Both the position numbers and the translations under genes were made by a program. A stretch of 51,762 bases of DNA from a virus (taxonomy: Duplodnaviria > Caudoviricetes), in the IMG/VR virus record IMGVR_UViG_3300020213_000040, positions 1 to 51,762 of that record; one strand, written 5' to 3'. Below the pieces are notes generated by a model. The model ran no database searches. It saw nothing but the letters and a program-made list of their open reading frames with translations, and was not told the origin of the DNA. Below, piece by piece: positions 8,468-17,890 of this stretch (its first letter is position 1; each line of letters begins with the position of its first letter).

Positions 8468-9115
8468 ATGGCACGTCCAACCAAATTGACACCGGAATTG
8501 CAAACCGAGCTGGTCAAAGTGCTGCAAACAGGTGCGACGATTGAAGATGCCTGCACCCACGTCGGTATCGGCAAGAGTACGTTTTACTTGTGGCAGGCTA
8601 TCGGACAAGCGTGTGAGGATGGCATAGAGCATCCTCAAAAACCTCGCTATGTGAAAGACCGCCAGCCGTATATAGAGTTTTTGGACGCGATAACGCGCGC
8701 GCAAATCCGCACAAAAGTTTTAGCGATCACCGTTCTGCGGCAGGCGCTTGTCCCCACCGAGCAGACTTCCGAAACCATCGAGACCTTCAGTGAAACCCGC
8801 CTCCTCAAAACTGTCGATAAAAAGACTGGCAAGATCATCCAAGTGCCGTATGAATACACGCGCACGACGACGCGGAACTCGGTAACGACCTTCCCCGGCA
8901 ACACGCAGGTTGCTATCGAAGTCCTGAAACGGCGCTATCCCGACGAGTGGAGTGACCGTATCAAGGTCGAGGATGATCGGCTGCGGGCTATTGCCGACAT
9001 TCGAGCCGGGCGTATCACTTGGGAGGCATTAGCAGCATTAGATGTCGCAGTCGCTACCGAGCTATTTGACGCGGCTGGTGTTCCGAAGCCAATTGGAGCA
9101 GGCCCGGCAAAATAG
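8468..9115 (+). CDS. terS: Terminase small subunit (putative)
   Basis: N-terminal HTH (ARPTKLT...IEDACTHVGIGKSTFYLW) directly upstream of the large subunit. Confidence 0.75.
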   Translation: MARPTKLTPELQTELVKVLQTGATIEDACTHVGIGKSTFYLWQAIGQACEDGIEHPQKPRYVKDRQPYIEFLDAITRAQIRTKVLAITVLRQALVPTEQTSETIETFSETRLLKTVDKKTGKIIQVPYEYTRTTTRNSVTTFPGNTQVAIEVLKRRYPDEWSDRIKVEDDRLRAIADIRAGRITWEALAALDVAVATELFDAAGVPKPIGAGPAK

Positions 9116-10382
9116 CATTCAGCGTGAGGATGCACAGTGGCGCTCGACGGTCAAAGTCAGAACGCCTCACCCCAAACAGCAGCTTTTTCTGAGGAGTAAA
9201 GCCAAGCGCAAAGTCATTCGCGCAGGCCGGCGCGGTGGTAAAACAACGGGCATCGGCATCCTTGCTGCTGAGAAGTTCGTCGAAGGCTGGCGTATTTTGT
9301 ACGCGACGCCGACGCAAGATCAGGTCGCTAAATTCTGGGCTGAAGTCAAGCTCGCTTTAGCGGCACCGCTCGAAGCCGGAATCCTTTACAAGAACGAAAC
9401 CTCGCACATCATCGAAGTTCCCGGCACAGAGAATCGTATCCGCGCTAAGACGGCTTGGAACGCTGACACACTGCGCGGCGACTATGCCGACCTGCTCATC
9501 CTCGACGAGTATCAGTTGATGGCCGAGGAAGCGTGGGATGAAGTCGGCGCGCCGATGCTGCTCGACCATAACGGTGATGCGGTGTTTATCTACACGCCGA
9601 TCTCGATGCAGAGCCGGGCGCGCACGAAAGCAAAAGACCCACGCCACGCCGCAAAGATGTTCAAGAAGGCGGCGGCGGATAAGACCGGACGTTGGGAAGC
9701 GTTTCATTTCACGAGCCATGACAACCCGCACATTTCCGAAGAAGGGCTTGAAGACATCACCGGCGACATGACGGTGCTGTCGTACAAGCAGGAGATTCTC
9801 GCCGAAGATACGGACGAGGCTCCCGGCGCACTGTTCAAACAGCGTGACATCGACAAAGGGCGATTGACGCAAGCGCCGCAACTTGTTCGTGTGGGTGTTG
9901 CCGTTGACCCGCCCGGCGGCGTGACGGAGTGCGGCATCGTTGTTGGCGGCATCGACGCGAAGGGCGAAGGCTACATCCTTGATGATTTCAGTCTGAAAGG
10001 TTCGCCGGAAACATGGGCAAATGAGGTGTTAGCCGCATATTCGCTGCATGAGGCCGATCTTATCATCGTTGAAATTAATTTCGGCGGCGACATGGTAAAA
10101 ACTACGCTTCGCGCAACTGAAGGCGGCAAGGACGCCAACATCAAAACCGTTCACGCCAGCCGTGGTAAGGCCGTCCGCGCCGAGCCAGTCAGCGCGAAAT
10201 ACGAACAGGGCTTGGTGCATCACGTCGGCCATTTCGGGCTGCTCGAAGGTGAACTGACATCATGGGTGCCGGGAACGGGAATGCCTTCTCCGAATCGGCT
10301 CGATGCGTGTGTCTGGCTGCTGACCGAGTTGATGATTAAAAACCGCAAGAGAGAAGCCGAGAGCTATCAAGGTACGGGCTGA
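9042..10382 (+). CDS. terL: Terminase large subunit
   Basis: Walker A GRRGGKT, Walker B LLILDE, nuclease AVDPP...PNRLDA. Confidence 0.95.
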   Translation: MSQSLPSYLTRLVFRSQLEQARQNSIQREDAQWRSTVKVRTPHPKQQLFLRSKAKRKVIRAGRRGGKTTGIGILAAEKFVEGWRILYATPTQDQVAKFWAEVKLALAAPLEAGILYKNETSHIIEVPGTENRIRAKTAWNADTLRGDYADLLILDEYQLMAEEAWDEVGAPMLLDHNGDAVFIYTPISMQSRARTKAKDPRHAAKMFKKAAADKTGRWEAFHFTSHDNPHISEEGLEDITGDMTVLSYKQEILAEDTDEAPGALFKQRDIDKGRLTQAPQLVRVGVAVDPPGGVTECGIVVGGIDAKGEGYILDDFSLKGSPETWANEVLAAYSLHEADLIIVEINFGGDMVKTTLRATEGGKDANIKTVHASRGKAVRAEPVSAKYEQGLVHHVGHFGLLEGELTSWVPGTGMPSPNRLDACVWLLTELMIKNRKREAESYQGTG

Positions 10383-11929
10383 TGGAAGAACTCCAAGTTT
10401 CAAGCGATCTGAAGCGCGCCTACGAAGCGTTGAGCGGCAAACAAGCTCATTGCAATACGTACTGGTCGTACTACGATGGCGTGCATCCGATGGTCTACAG
10501 CGCCGAGCGGCTGCGGCAAGTCTTCGGCAGTGAGTTAACCAAGTTCTCTGAAAACTGGTGCGCCGTTGTCATTGACAGCGAAATCGAACGTATCGAGCTG
10601 CGCGAGATCACGGTCTCCAAGAACGAAACGGCAACGAGCCGACTTGCCGAACTCATGGAAAGCACGGGCTTGGGGTTGGACGCTGAAGACATTCACAAGG
10701 CGAGCTTGGTTTGCGGCGAGGCATTCCTGTTCATCTGGCGTGAGGAGGCTGAGGAGGTAGAAGCCTACTACAACGACCCCAGACTCGCTCACGCCTTTTA
10801 CGATGAGGAAAACCCGCGAAAGATGTCGTTCGCGGCGAAGTGGTGGGTTGGCAGCGACGGCAAGCGGTATCTCAATCTCTACTACCCGGATCACTTCGAA
10901 TACTACGTCTCACAGGGTAAATCCGAGGATGTAAACGCCGCAACGTCGTTCATGGCGACTGAAGAAGGGCGGGCAGATAATCCGAAAGGCAAAATACCCG
11001 TTTTTCATTTCAGAACGGAACGGCGCACGATCAAAAGCGAACTGGTCAACGTGATCGAGCCGCAGGACGCGATCAATAAGTTGTTCGCCGATATGATGGT
11101 GGCTGCGGAGTTCGCAGCCTTCCTCCAGCGTTGGGTTATTTCGAACGCCGATCTTAAGAAGCTGAAAAGCGCTCCGAATGAAATTTGGAAGATCCCGGCT
11201 TCGGATGGCGCAGAGCAGAATACTGAGGTTGGCGAATTCAGCGCCGTTGAGTTGAAGAACTTCCTCGACGCGATGGATAAGCTGGCGAACACCATCGCTG
11301 TTATCACCCGCACACCGAAACACTACGTCTTTAGTCAGAGCGGTGACCCGTCCGGCGAGGCACTCATCGCTATGGAGGCACCTTTGAATAAGAAGGCTGC
11401 CGGCCACATCAAGCGCTGGCTCGAAACGTGGCGTGCAGCCGCCGCGTTCCTGCTCGAACTGGACGGCGCGGGCGAGATCAAGCAGAGTGAAATCATGCCT
11501 GTGTTCGCTCGCCCGGAGACAGTGCAGCCGCGTACAACGGCGGAGATCGTCGAGATCAACGTTCGCAGTGGCATCCCGCTCCGACTGGCGCTGCGTCGTG
11601 AAGGCTGGACAGACGCCGAGATTAAGGCCCTCGACGCCGAGCCGCCGGATAAGGCAGAACTGATCGAGATGGCCAACGACGTGGCCGATCATCTCGACGA
11701 TCTAACATACCTCAAGACCGTCGCCCCTGCCTTTGGGTGGAATGAGCAAATGGTCAAGCAGATCGCGGCAGGTCTGGCCCTTGAACGCGAGTTGAAAGCA
11801 CGAGCCGAAGCGCGAGGGTTCGCTGAAGGCATCTTTGGCGCGGATGACGAGGGAGGTGAGGGCGATGGCAGCGAAGAAGCCGAAGAAAACGCAGCCTCAA
11901 GGTCAGCGTTCGCATATCCCGGCACTTGA
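10382..11929 (+). CDS. Portal protein (SPP1 gp6-like)
   Basis: Follows terL; YYDGxH, ENWCAVVID, IPVFHF, SGEAL motifs. Confidence 0.9.
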   Translation: MEELQVSSDLKRAYEALSGKQAHCNTYWSYYDGVHPMVYSAERLRQVFGSELTKFSENWCAVVIDSEIERIELREITVSKNETATSRLAELMESTGLGLDAEDIHKASLVCGEAFLFIWREEAEEVEAYYNDPRLAHAFYDEENPRKMSFAAKWWVGSDGKRYLNLYYPDHFEYYVSQGKSEDVNAATSFMATEEGRADNPKGKIPVFHFRTERRTIKSELVNVIEPQDAINKLFADMMVAAEFAAFLQRWVISNADLKKLKSAPNEIWKIPASDGAEQNTEVGEFSAVELKNFLDAMDKLANTIAVITRTPKHYVFSQSGDPSGEALIAMEAPLNKKAAGHIKRWLETWRAAAAFLLELDGAGEIKQSEIMPVFARPETVQPRTTAEIVEINVRSGIPLRLALRREGWTDAEIKALDAEPPDKAELIEMANDVADHLDDLTYLKTVAPAFGWNEQMVKQIAAGLALERELKARAEARGFAEGIFGADDEGGEGDGSEEAEENAASRSAFAYPGT

Positions 11930-12215
11930 TTCGCTCCAGCTTGAGGCAGCGCTGACACGGCTCGAAGCTGCGCCGATCAGCTCACTTGGCAAAGAGTATA
12001 TCCGCCGGATGCTGCAAGCGGGTGCGAATCCGAACTCCGAGAGCGCCGACGTGGTAATCGCCACGCTTCAGCCAGAGGAACAGGAGAATATCGGCGTTAC
12101 CAGCCAGACGGTGCAGGCACTGACAGCAAGCATTACCAGTCGCGGCGGTGCGGCACTGCTCGCAATGGACGATGCAGCGTGGGAAGCGTTGGTGAATAAT
12201 GAGTCAGCTAACTAG
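11865..12215 (+). CDS. Hypothetical protein overlapping the portal 3' end
   Basis: GGAGGTGA RBS, ATG at 11865. Confidence 0.55.
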   Translation: MAAKKPKKTQPQGQRSHIPALDSLQLEAALTRLEAAPISSLGKEYIRRMLQAGANPNSESADVVIATLQPEEQENIGVTSQTVQALTASITSRGGAALLAMDDAAWEALVNNESAN

Positions 12216-12810
12216 CACCATTGCGCTGCTGTACCGAATGGAAACTGGCGACGTAAAGCAGCTTGAAGCGGCTCTGCTGGAACGGCGCAAAACGGCGTGG
12301 GTAAGCAGCCTCGCTAATCAGGCCCGGGCCCACAATTGCAATCGGACGCCGAACGCGCCTCGCCGTGAGGATCTGCGCGAGATTAAGCGCATGTGCAAGG
12401 CGGATGCGAAGAGCATCTCCAACACATGGAATAGGGAAGTTACCCGCGAGATTGAGCGGCTCTACAACGCGAATCCCAAGGGCAACCGGCAGTATTACTT
12501 CGCCAACCTCGAACGCTGGAACAGTGCGCGGGATCAGTGGAAGCTGCCCCAGATCTCGCTCACAACCGAGATGACGACGCGGGAATATGCCGCGCAGCGC
12601 TTTCGACAAATGAATTACGAGACCGCGCTACGGTTCTTATTTGATGGCCCGCCAACGACGTGCGTGGATTGCACGCGGCGCTTTGCAGCCGGACTTGTGA
12701 ATGAGAACTACGTGCGCCGATACCCGACGCCCAGACACATCGGCTGCCCACATACATGGCGCGTTGTCAATGTCCCGCAAATCGACTGCGCCGAGTTATG
12801 GCTCGGCTGA
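12199..12810 (+). CDS. Head morphogenesis / minor capsid protein (gpF-like)
   Basis: Position after portal; C-terminal TCVDC...PRHIGCPH motif. Confidence 0.7.
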   Translation: MSQLTSTIALLYRMETGDVKQLEAALLERRKTAWVSSLANQARAHNCNRTPNAPRREDLREIKRMCKADAKSISNTWNREVTREIERLYNANPKGNRQYYFANLERWNSARDQWKLPQISLTTEMTTREYAAQRFRQMNYETALRFLFDGPPTTCVDCTRRFAAGLVNENYVRRYPTPRHIGCPHTWRVVNVPQIDCAELWLG

Positions 12811-12826
12811 AAGGCTTGCGATGCAG

Positions 12827-12876
12827 GTGACATACTCCCCACAGCTAAAGCTGGGGGCTTCCCGCGCCGATTTCCG
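12827..12876 (-). mobile_element. 50-bp single-hairpin IS200/IS605-derived mini-element
   Basis: Minus strand: TCAC|CGGAAATCGGCGCGG-GAAG-CCCCCAGCTTTAGCTGTGGGG-AGTATG-TCAC. Confidence 0.75.
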
Positions 12877-13183
12877 GTGAGCATTCTCAAACACGTTGCC
12901 CACAAACGCGGGAAAGAAATCCGCACGATTGGGCGTTGGGAACGCACGACAGGCAAGTGTTCGGGCTGCGGTCATGTTCAAGCGCTGGAACTGCGGGAAC
13001 GCACGTTTCACTGTGACTCCTGTGACCTAATCATTGACCGCGACCACAACGCAGCAATTAACATCCAACGCGCCGGGGCATCGGCGCATACTACTTTAGA
13101 GGCCGTTAGTCGCGTCCGTAAAACGACGCGCAGCCTTGCTTGACGGTAGAAGCCCCCGCCTTTAGGCGTGGGGAGTATGTCAC
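12877..13183 (+). pseudogene. tnpB: 3' remnant of tnpB (zinc finger + RuvC-III) with an intact IS right end
   Basis: TTGKCSGCG...FHCDSC...DRDHNAAINI, then GAAG-CCCCCGCCTTTAGGCGTGGGG-AGTATG-TCAC. Confidence 0.9.
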
Positions 13184-13188
13184 TTCTA

Positions 13189-13212
13189 CGCCCTACGGGG
13201 CGCTTTTTGTTT
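13189..13212 (+). terminator. Intrinsic terminator
   Basis: CGCCC-TACG-GGGCG followed by CTTTTTGTTT. Confidence 0.6.
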
Positions 13213-13223
13213 GTGGAAATACT

Positions 13224-13500
13224 CAGGCGAGATGCCTGTTTATTGGTCAACGCGGGCGAGATGCCCGCACTTATCAAGGGCGAGATGCCCGATGGAGTCG
13301 AGAGCGAGATGCGAACACGACTTACAACAGTTCGGACGGCGCGGCGTAAGGACGCGGAAGCAATCGTTGATTTGTCCATCCGCCGGCGCTGGTTCGCCGA
13401 CGAGGGGCAGGCCGACGGCCAAAACGGTCAAGGTAATCAGGGCGATGACCCACAAAACGCAGGCGGCGAGAAGCCACCTGAAGGACAGGGCGAGATGCCC
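13224..13500 (+). promoter_or_regulatory. Array of six hairpins with C-GAGAW-G loops
   Basis: Hairpins at 13224, 13252, 13278, 13304, 13460 and 13488 with different stems and the same loop. Confidence 0.6.
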
Positions 13501-14001
13501 ACAACGTGGGAGGAGTGGTTGGCGGCACAGCCGGAAGCCGAGCGTGCGAAGATCACCAAGTTCTACGAAACCAAAACGGGCGCGCTGAAAGGCGCACTCG
13601 ATAAGGAACGCGAACAGCGCGAAGGGCTTGAGACTGACCTGCGTAAGCTGGCGAAAGGGCAGAAAGACGGCAGCGAGCCGCAGAAGGAGTTGGAGCGCGC
13701 AGCCGACGAACTGGCATTGGCCAATCGTCGCGCTGACTTCTTCCAAGCTGCTTCTTCTTCTGAACTCGGACTCGTCGATGTTGTTGCTGCATGGACGCTG
13801 ATGAGTGTAGATGCTGAATCCTACTTTGACCGCAAAGGTGCTCCGAACTTCGAGTTGCTGAAGCAGAAGCACCCCGCCTTGTTCGTGCAGCCCAAGCCGA
13901 TGCCGAAAGGCAACGGCGGAGCCGGAACAGGCTCAATTCCTGAAAACAGCAACCCCGATATGAACAAATTCATTCGACAGAGTGCAGGTTATCAAACGTA
14001 A
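13309..14001 (+). CDS. Capsid scaffolding protein
   Basis: Coiled-coil protein before the major capsid gene; start uncertain (13261, 13285 or 13309). Confidence 0.8.
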   Translation: MRTRLTTVRTARRKDAEAIVDLSIRRRWFADEGQADGQNGQGNQGDDPQNAGGEKPPEGQGEMPTTWEEWLAAQPEAERAKITKFYETKTGALKGALDKEREQREGLETDLRKLAKGQKDGSEPQKELERAADELALANRRADFFQAASSSELGLVDVVAAWTLMSVDAESYFDRKGAPNFELLKQKHPALFVQPKPMPKGNGGAGTGSIPENSNPDMNKFIRQSAGYQT

Positions 14002-14040
14002 CCCGCGGCCTGCCTCTGCACAGTCACCCGGAGGTGACAG

Positions 14041-14982
14041 ATGCCTTTCAACAACTCGCTTACCCGTACCGGGGTTCAAGCGCTCATCCCTGAAAGCGTG
14101 AGCCGGGACATTATTCAGGGTGTCCCGAAAGAGAGCATGATTATGCGGCTGGGGAAGAAATTGCCCAACCTGCCACAATCGGTCTCGCGTATGCCGGTGC
14201 TGTCGGCTCTCCCGACGGCATACTTCGTCAACGGCGATACGGGTTTGAAACAAACGACCCAGATGCTGTGGGACAACAAGTATTTGTATGTGGAAGAACT
14301 CGCGGTGATCGTTCCGATTCCCGAAGCGGTTCTTGCCGATACGTCCTATGACATTTGGGGCGAGGTCAAGCCGCGTATCATTGAAGCCTTCGGCGTTGCT
14401 TTTGACGCGGCGGTGATCCACGACACGAACGCGCCCGCGAGCTGGCCCGACGGACTTGTGACTGGCGCGACGGCTGCCGGTAATACCGTCGATCTCAGCG
14501 ATTCCGTTGATGTGTATGAAGCTGTCATGGGCGAAAACGGCGTGATTGCCAAAGTCGAAGAAGACGGCTTCATGGTTACGGGGCATCTAGCTTCACTGAC
14601 CATGCGTGGCAAGTATCGTGGTCTGCGTGACGAAAACGGTCAGCCGATCTTCGTCCAAACCATGCAGGCGACGACGACTTACGCCATTGATGGTCAGCCC
14701 GCCATCTTCTCGGAAAATGGCGCGCTAGACGCAACTCAAGCGCTTCAGATCAGCGGCAGCTTCCGAGAGTTGGTTTGGGCACCGCGTCAAGACATGTCGT
14801 ACAAACTCCTGACCGAAGCCGTTCTTACGGATGGCAGCGGTAACATCATTCTCAACCTCGCACAGCAGGACGCGGTGGCTTTGCGCGCCGTGATGCGCCT
14901 TGCGTGGCAGATCCCCAACCCGATCAACCGTGTGCAGCAAACGGAATCGGCTCGCTATCCGTTCGCCGTTCTCAAGCCATAA
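14041..14982 (+). CDS. Major capsid protein (HK97 fold)
   Basis: LIPESVSRDII, AYFVNGD, ELAVIVPIPE, LAQQDAVALRAVMRL; GGAGG RBS. Confidence 0.93.
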   Translation: MPFNNSLTRTGVQALIPESVSRDIIQGVPKESMIMRLGKKLPNLPQSVSRMPVLSALPTAYFVNGDTGLKQTTQMLWDNKYLYVEELAVIVPIPEAVLADTSYDIWGEVKPRIIEAFGVAFDAAVIHDTNAPASWPDGLVTGATAAGNTVDLSDSVDVYEAVMGENGVIAKVEEDGFMVTGHLASLTMRGKYRGLRDENGQPIFVQTMQATTTYAIDGQPAIFSENGALDATQALQISGSFRELVWAPRQDMSYKLLTEAVLTDGSGNIILNLAQQDAVALRAVMRLAWQIPNPINRVQQTESARYPFAVLKP

Positions 14983-14994
14983 GCGGAGGCTGAC

Positions 14995-15369
14995 ATGAGT
15001 TGGTTTCCGAGTAATTCGCCGAAAGACTGCTCGTTTGTGGTCGGCGCGGAGGCGACGAACATTATCAACGTCGCCATTCAACTGAAGGACAGCGGTGGAC
15101 GCGATCTGGCTGCGCGTGGTGCTGTCGATGCGTATCTGACGACAGATGCCAACGGCGATAACCTCGTCGGTACGGCGCTGGATACGGTAGCGATTGGCAC
15201 TGACGGTGTGCTGCTTCCGCTCATCGCAGGCAAAGCGTTCCTGCTGATTAGCGAAGCCGACGGCGACATTGACATCAACATCACCGAAGACGCAACCGGT
15301 ACGTGGTATCTCGTCGTTGTCTTACCGTCGGGCAAGCTGAAAGTCAGCGGCGCGATCACCTTCGCTTAA
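14995..15369 (+). CDS. Virion structural / capsid decoration protein
   Basis: Beta-rich protein right after the capsid gene; GGAGG RBS. Confidence 0.6.
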   Translation: MSWFPSNSPKDCSFVVGAEATNIINVAIQLKDSGGRDLAARGAVDAYLTTDANGDNLVGTALDTVAIGTDGVLLPLIAGKAFLLISEADGDIDINITEDATGTWYLVVVLPSGKLKVSGAITFA

Positions 15370-15448
15370 TCGACTGTCCGCAGCTTCGCTTTGAGTGAAG
15401 CTGTCGGACGGTTCTATCCCTCAAACAAGTCAACAGGAGAACAAGCTC

Positions 15449-15826
15449 ATGGCTGGTTTTGACGATGGCGCGTATCGCGCCACATTGACCGCCGCGACGG
15501 TCACGACGGGGGGCGCGGTGCTGGCGCTGGCGAACCCCGAAGGGCGCGACATCGTGGTGACGCGCCTCATTCTCAACATCGCAACCGCCTCATCCGGCGC
15601 GGCGACGGTGGACGCGGGTATCGCGGCGGATGCGGTAACGAGCAACGACACGCTCATCGATGGCAAATCGGTGGCGACGGCGGGTATCTTCGACAACATC
15701 GAAGATCAGGGCACAAACGGTAAGAGTGCCGTCAAGTGGGGCAGCGGGCAGTATCTCACGATAACAGCTTCGGCGACCTTAGCTGGACTCGTGGGCGAGG
15801 CGATCATCGATTACGTCGCGCGCTAA
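15449..15826 (+). CDS. Virion structural / capsid decoration protein
   Basis: AGGAG RBS; Ala/Thr-rich beta protein; preceded by a long hairpin at about 15373-15412. Confidence 0.6.
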   Translation: MAGFDDGAYRATLTAATVTTGGAVLALANPEGRDIVVTRLILNIATASSGAATVDAGIAADAVTSNDTLIDGKSVATAGIFDNIEDQGTNGKSAVKWGSGQYLTITASATLAGLVGEAIIDYVAR

Positions 15827-15843
15827 TCGCTTAGGAGGCCCGT

Positions 15844-16287
15844 ATGTCTGCTACAGAAGCGATGATCACCCAACTGCGCCGGATGGTCAAAGAGCCGACT
15901 GAGGACACGTACAACGACGCAGCGCTGGCGACTTACATCGAGCAGTATCCGGTCATGGATGAACGCGGTGTGGATCCGTACTACTACGACACGACAACTG
16001 ATCCGCCAACACAAGTTACTACTGTAGGTTGGTACAGCTCCTACGATCTTCACGCAGCAGCATCGGACATCTGGGAAGAAAAAGCTTCAGACGTGATCGA
16101 ATGCGATGACGTAACGATTGAAGACACGACGTATCGCAAAAGTGAGCGTCACGACAGGTATCTAGAATTCGCACGTTTTCACCGCTCCCGGCGGACAGCT
16201 TCAACGGTAGAACTGTTGAAGTCACCGAACGAAAGTCGTCGCCGGGGCGCGGTATGGGTCGGCAATTTAGCCGAGGAGGACTATTAA
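15844..16287 (+). CDS. Head-tail connector (adaptor)
   Basis: QLRRMVKEP...YDLHAAASDIWEEKA; position in the head module. Confidence 0.7.
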   Translation: MSATEAMITQLRRMVKEPTEDTYNDAALATYIEQYPVMDERGVDPYYYDTTTDPPTQVTTVGWYSSYDLHAAASDIWEEKASDVIECDDVTIEDTTYRKSERHDRYLEFARFHRSRRTASTVELLKSPNESRRRGAVWVGNLAEEDY

Positions 16288-16290
16288 CCC

Positions 16291-16881
16291 ATGCGTTACT
16301 TTATCTATCGCAGCCCGAAGCATCGTGGCCCGGGCAAACTAGGCACGGAAAGCCAGCCGATTGCTGAGGGCGATTTGAGTTCCCGCAGGACGCTGGAAGA
16401 TCGCGGCTGGCAGATCATCAAGACCATTGGCGGTGAGGAATTGCCGGAAGAAAGCGCGGGCGAAACGGCGCTTGACGCTGACTTGATCGGCACGGTCTAC
16501 GACCTCGATCTCAAGCCTGACGTGGCCGAAGCGTTGGAAAACGCAGGCTATCTCACGCACGATCAAATCCGCGGCGCGTCCGACGATGCGCTGAAGGAGG
16601 TCGAAGGGCTGACTCCGGCTGTCTTGCGGAAGATGCGTAAGACGCTCGATCAGCGGCAGGTGCAGCAGTCTGCCACGCCGCCTGCTCCATTGAAACATTC
16701 GGAGTGGACGGATGACGAGCTGCGCGCTGAAGCAGGATTGCGCGAACTGGACATCCTAAATCGGCAGCCGGACGCAGACCGGGCCGCACTGATCGCCGAT
16801 CTGGACGCTTTCGACGAGGGTACGCCGGCAGCAGGCAAGGCGACGAAGCCCACCGGCAAGAAGCCCGCGCCGAAGGGATAG
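16291..16881 (+). CDS. Protein with a helix-hairpin-helix (RNAP alpha-CTD/NusA-like) domain
   Basis: LDLKPDVAEALENAGYLTHDQIRGASDDALKEVEGLTPAVLRKM. Confidence 0.55.
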   Translation: MRYFIYRSPKHRGPGKLGTESQPIAEGDLSSRRTLEDRGWQIIKTIGGEELPEESAGETALDADLIGTVYDLDLKPDVAEALENAGYLTHDQIRGASDDALKEVEGLTPAVLRKMRKTLDQRQVQQSATPPAPLKHSEWTDDELRAEAGLRELDILNRQPDADRAALIADLDAFDEGTPAAGKATKPTGKKPAPKG

Positions 16882-16884
16882 CCC

Positions 16885-17394
16885 ATGATCCGGGTCAAAG
16901 CTGAGATTGACACGGACGTGATACAGGCGCTTAAGGAAACTTATCGCGCTGCACCGCGCACACTGCTCACCGTCGTCAATCGCAGCATTCTCCCGCGTTC
17001 ACAGGATCGTATCGACGCCAAGCTGAACACCGAGCCGGGGCCGGTGGTGCATCCATTTGTATTCGCCTCGCCGGAATCACAGCGCTGGTATTTCGCTAAC
17101 AAAGTGCCGAAACAGCGGGGCAAAAAGAGGGGCAAGTATCCGCGCAGCGGCAAGATTCTCGCGTGGAAAATCTTGCTGCGTCCTTTCAACGGCGAATCCT
17201 TCGAACTGGAAGCGTTCAATCCCCGTGAAGAAGCGACTTTCGTGTTTGGTCCCCGGCAGGTGCTTGGTCATAGAAACACGGGCTGGCCGAACGCTCAGGA
17301 CTTCATGGCGCAGGAAAACGAGCGCCTACAGGATGAGCTGATCGACGCTTGGTGGTCGGTTACTGAACCGGGCAAGGGTACTCGGTTCGTCTAG
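16885..17394 (+). CDS. Tail completion / neck protein (putative)
   Basis: Position and size. Confidence 0.55.
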   Translation: MIRVKAEIDTDVIQALKETYRAAPRTLLTVVNRSILPRSQDRIDAKLNTEPGPVVHPFVFASPESQRWYFANKVPKQRGKKRGKYPRSGKILAWKILLRPFNGESFELEAFNPREEATFVFGPRQVLGHRNTGWPNAQDFMAQENERLQDELIDAWWSVTEPGKGTRFV

Positions 17395-17406
17395 AAAGGG
17401 CATCTA

Positions 17407-17880
17407 GTGACTGCATCGACGCCGGAAGAAGTTCGTGAGCGCATCTTGGCAGTCGCCCTCGAAGGCGGGGTAGCCGCATCAGGCTACACGGCTGAAGACT
17501 GCGATGACTGTGTGGTCGAGCCGGACGGTTTGCCCATGCTCATCGTCGCAACGCGCGGCACAAGGCGGGAACAGTCCAACCGTGATAAGCGCCTCGTGAC
17601 GACGGATTACGAGCTGCTGCTGCTCGTTGTGGAGTTCGATCCTCAATCGCGTGAAAGCAACGACGAGGCCCGGCGCGCAGCGGAAGCGGTTTATGAGCTG
17701 CTTCCAGACTATTTCGCCGATCACGCCCCGCGTCTTGAGGTGAACAATCAGCCGATGGATGGGATATGGCGCACGGATGCGATTCGAGATGACGGACCAA
17801 AAACCATCGAATGGGGCGGCAAGCACTACTACGACATTCTGTACACATTGCCCGTTGTGACACAGCGGGCACGATCATAG
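17407..17880 (+). CDS. Tail terminator (putative)
   Basis: Position, acidic 157-aa protein. Confidence 0.55.
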   Translation: MTASTPEEVRERILAVALEGGVAASGYTAEDCDDCVVEPDGLPMLIVATRGTRREQSNRDKRLVTTDYELLLLVVEFDPQSRESNDEARRAAEAVYELLPDYFADHAPRLEVNNQPMDGIWRTDAIRDDGPKTIEWGGKHYYDILYTLPVVTQRARS

Positions 17881-17890
17881 GAGGCCAGAT

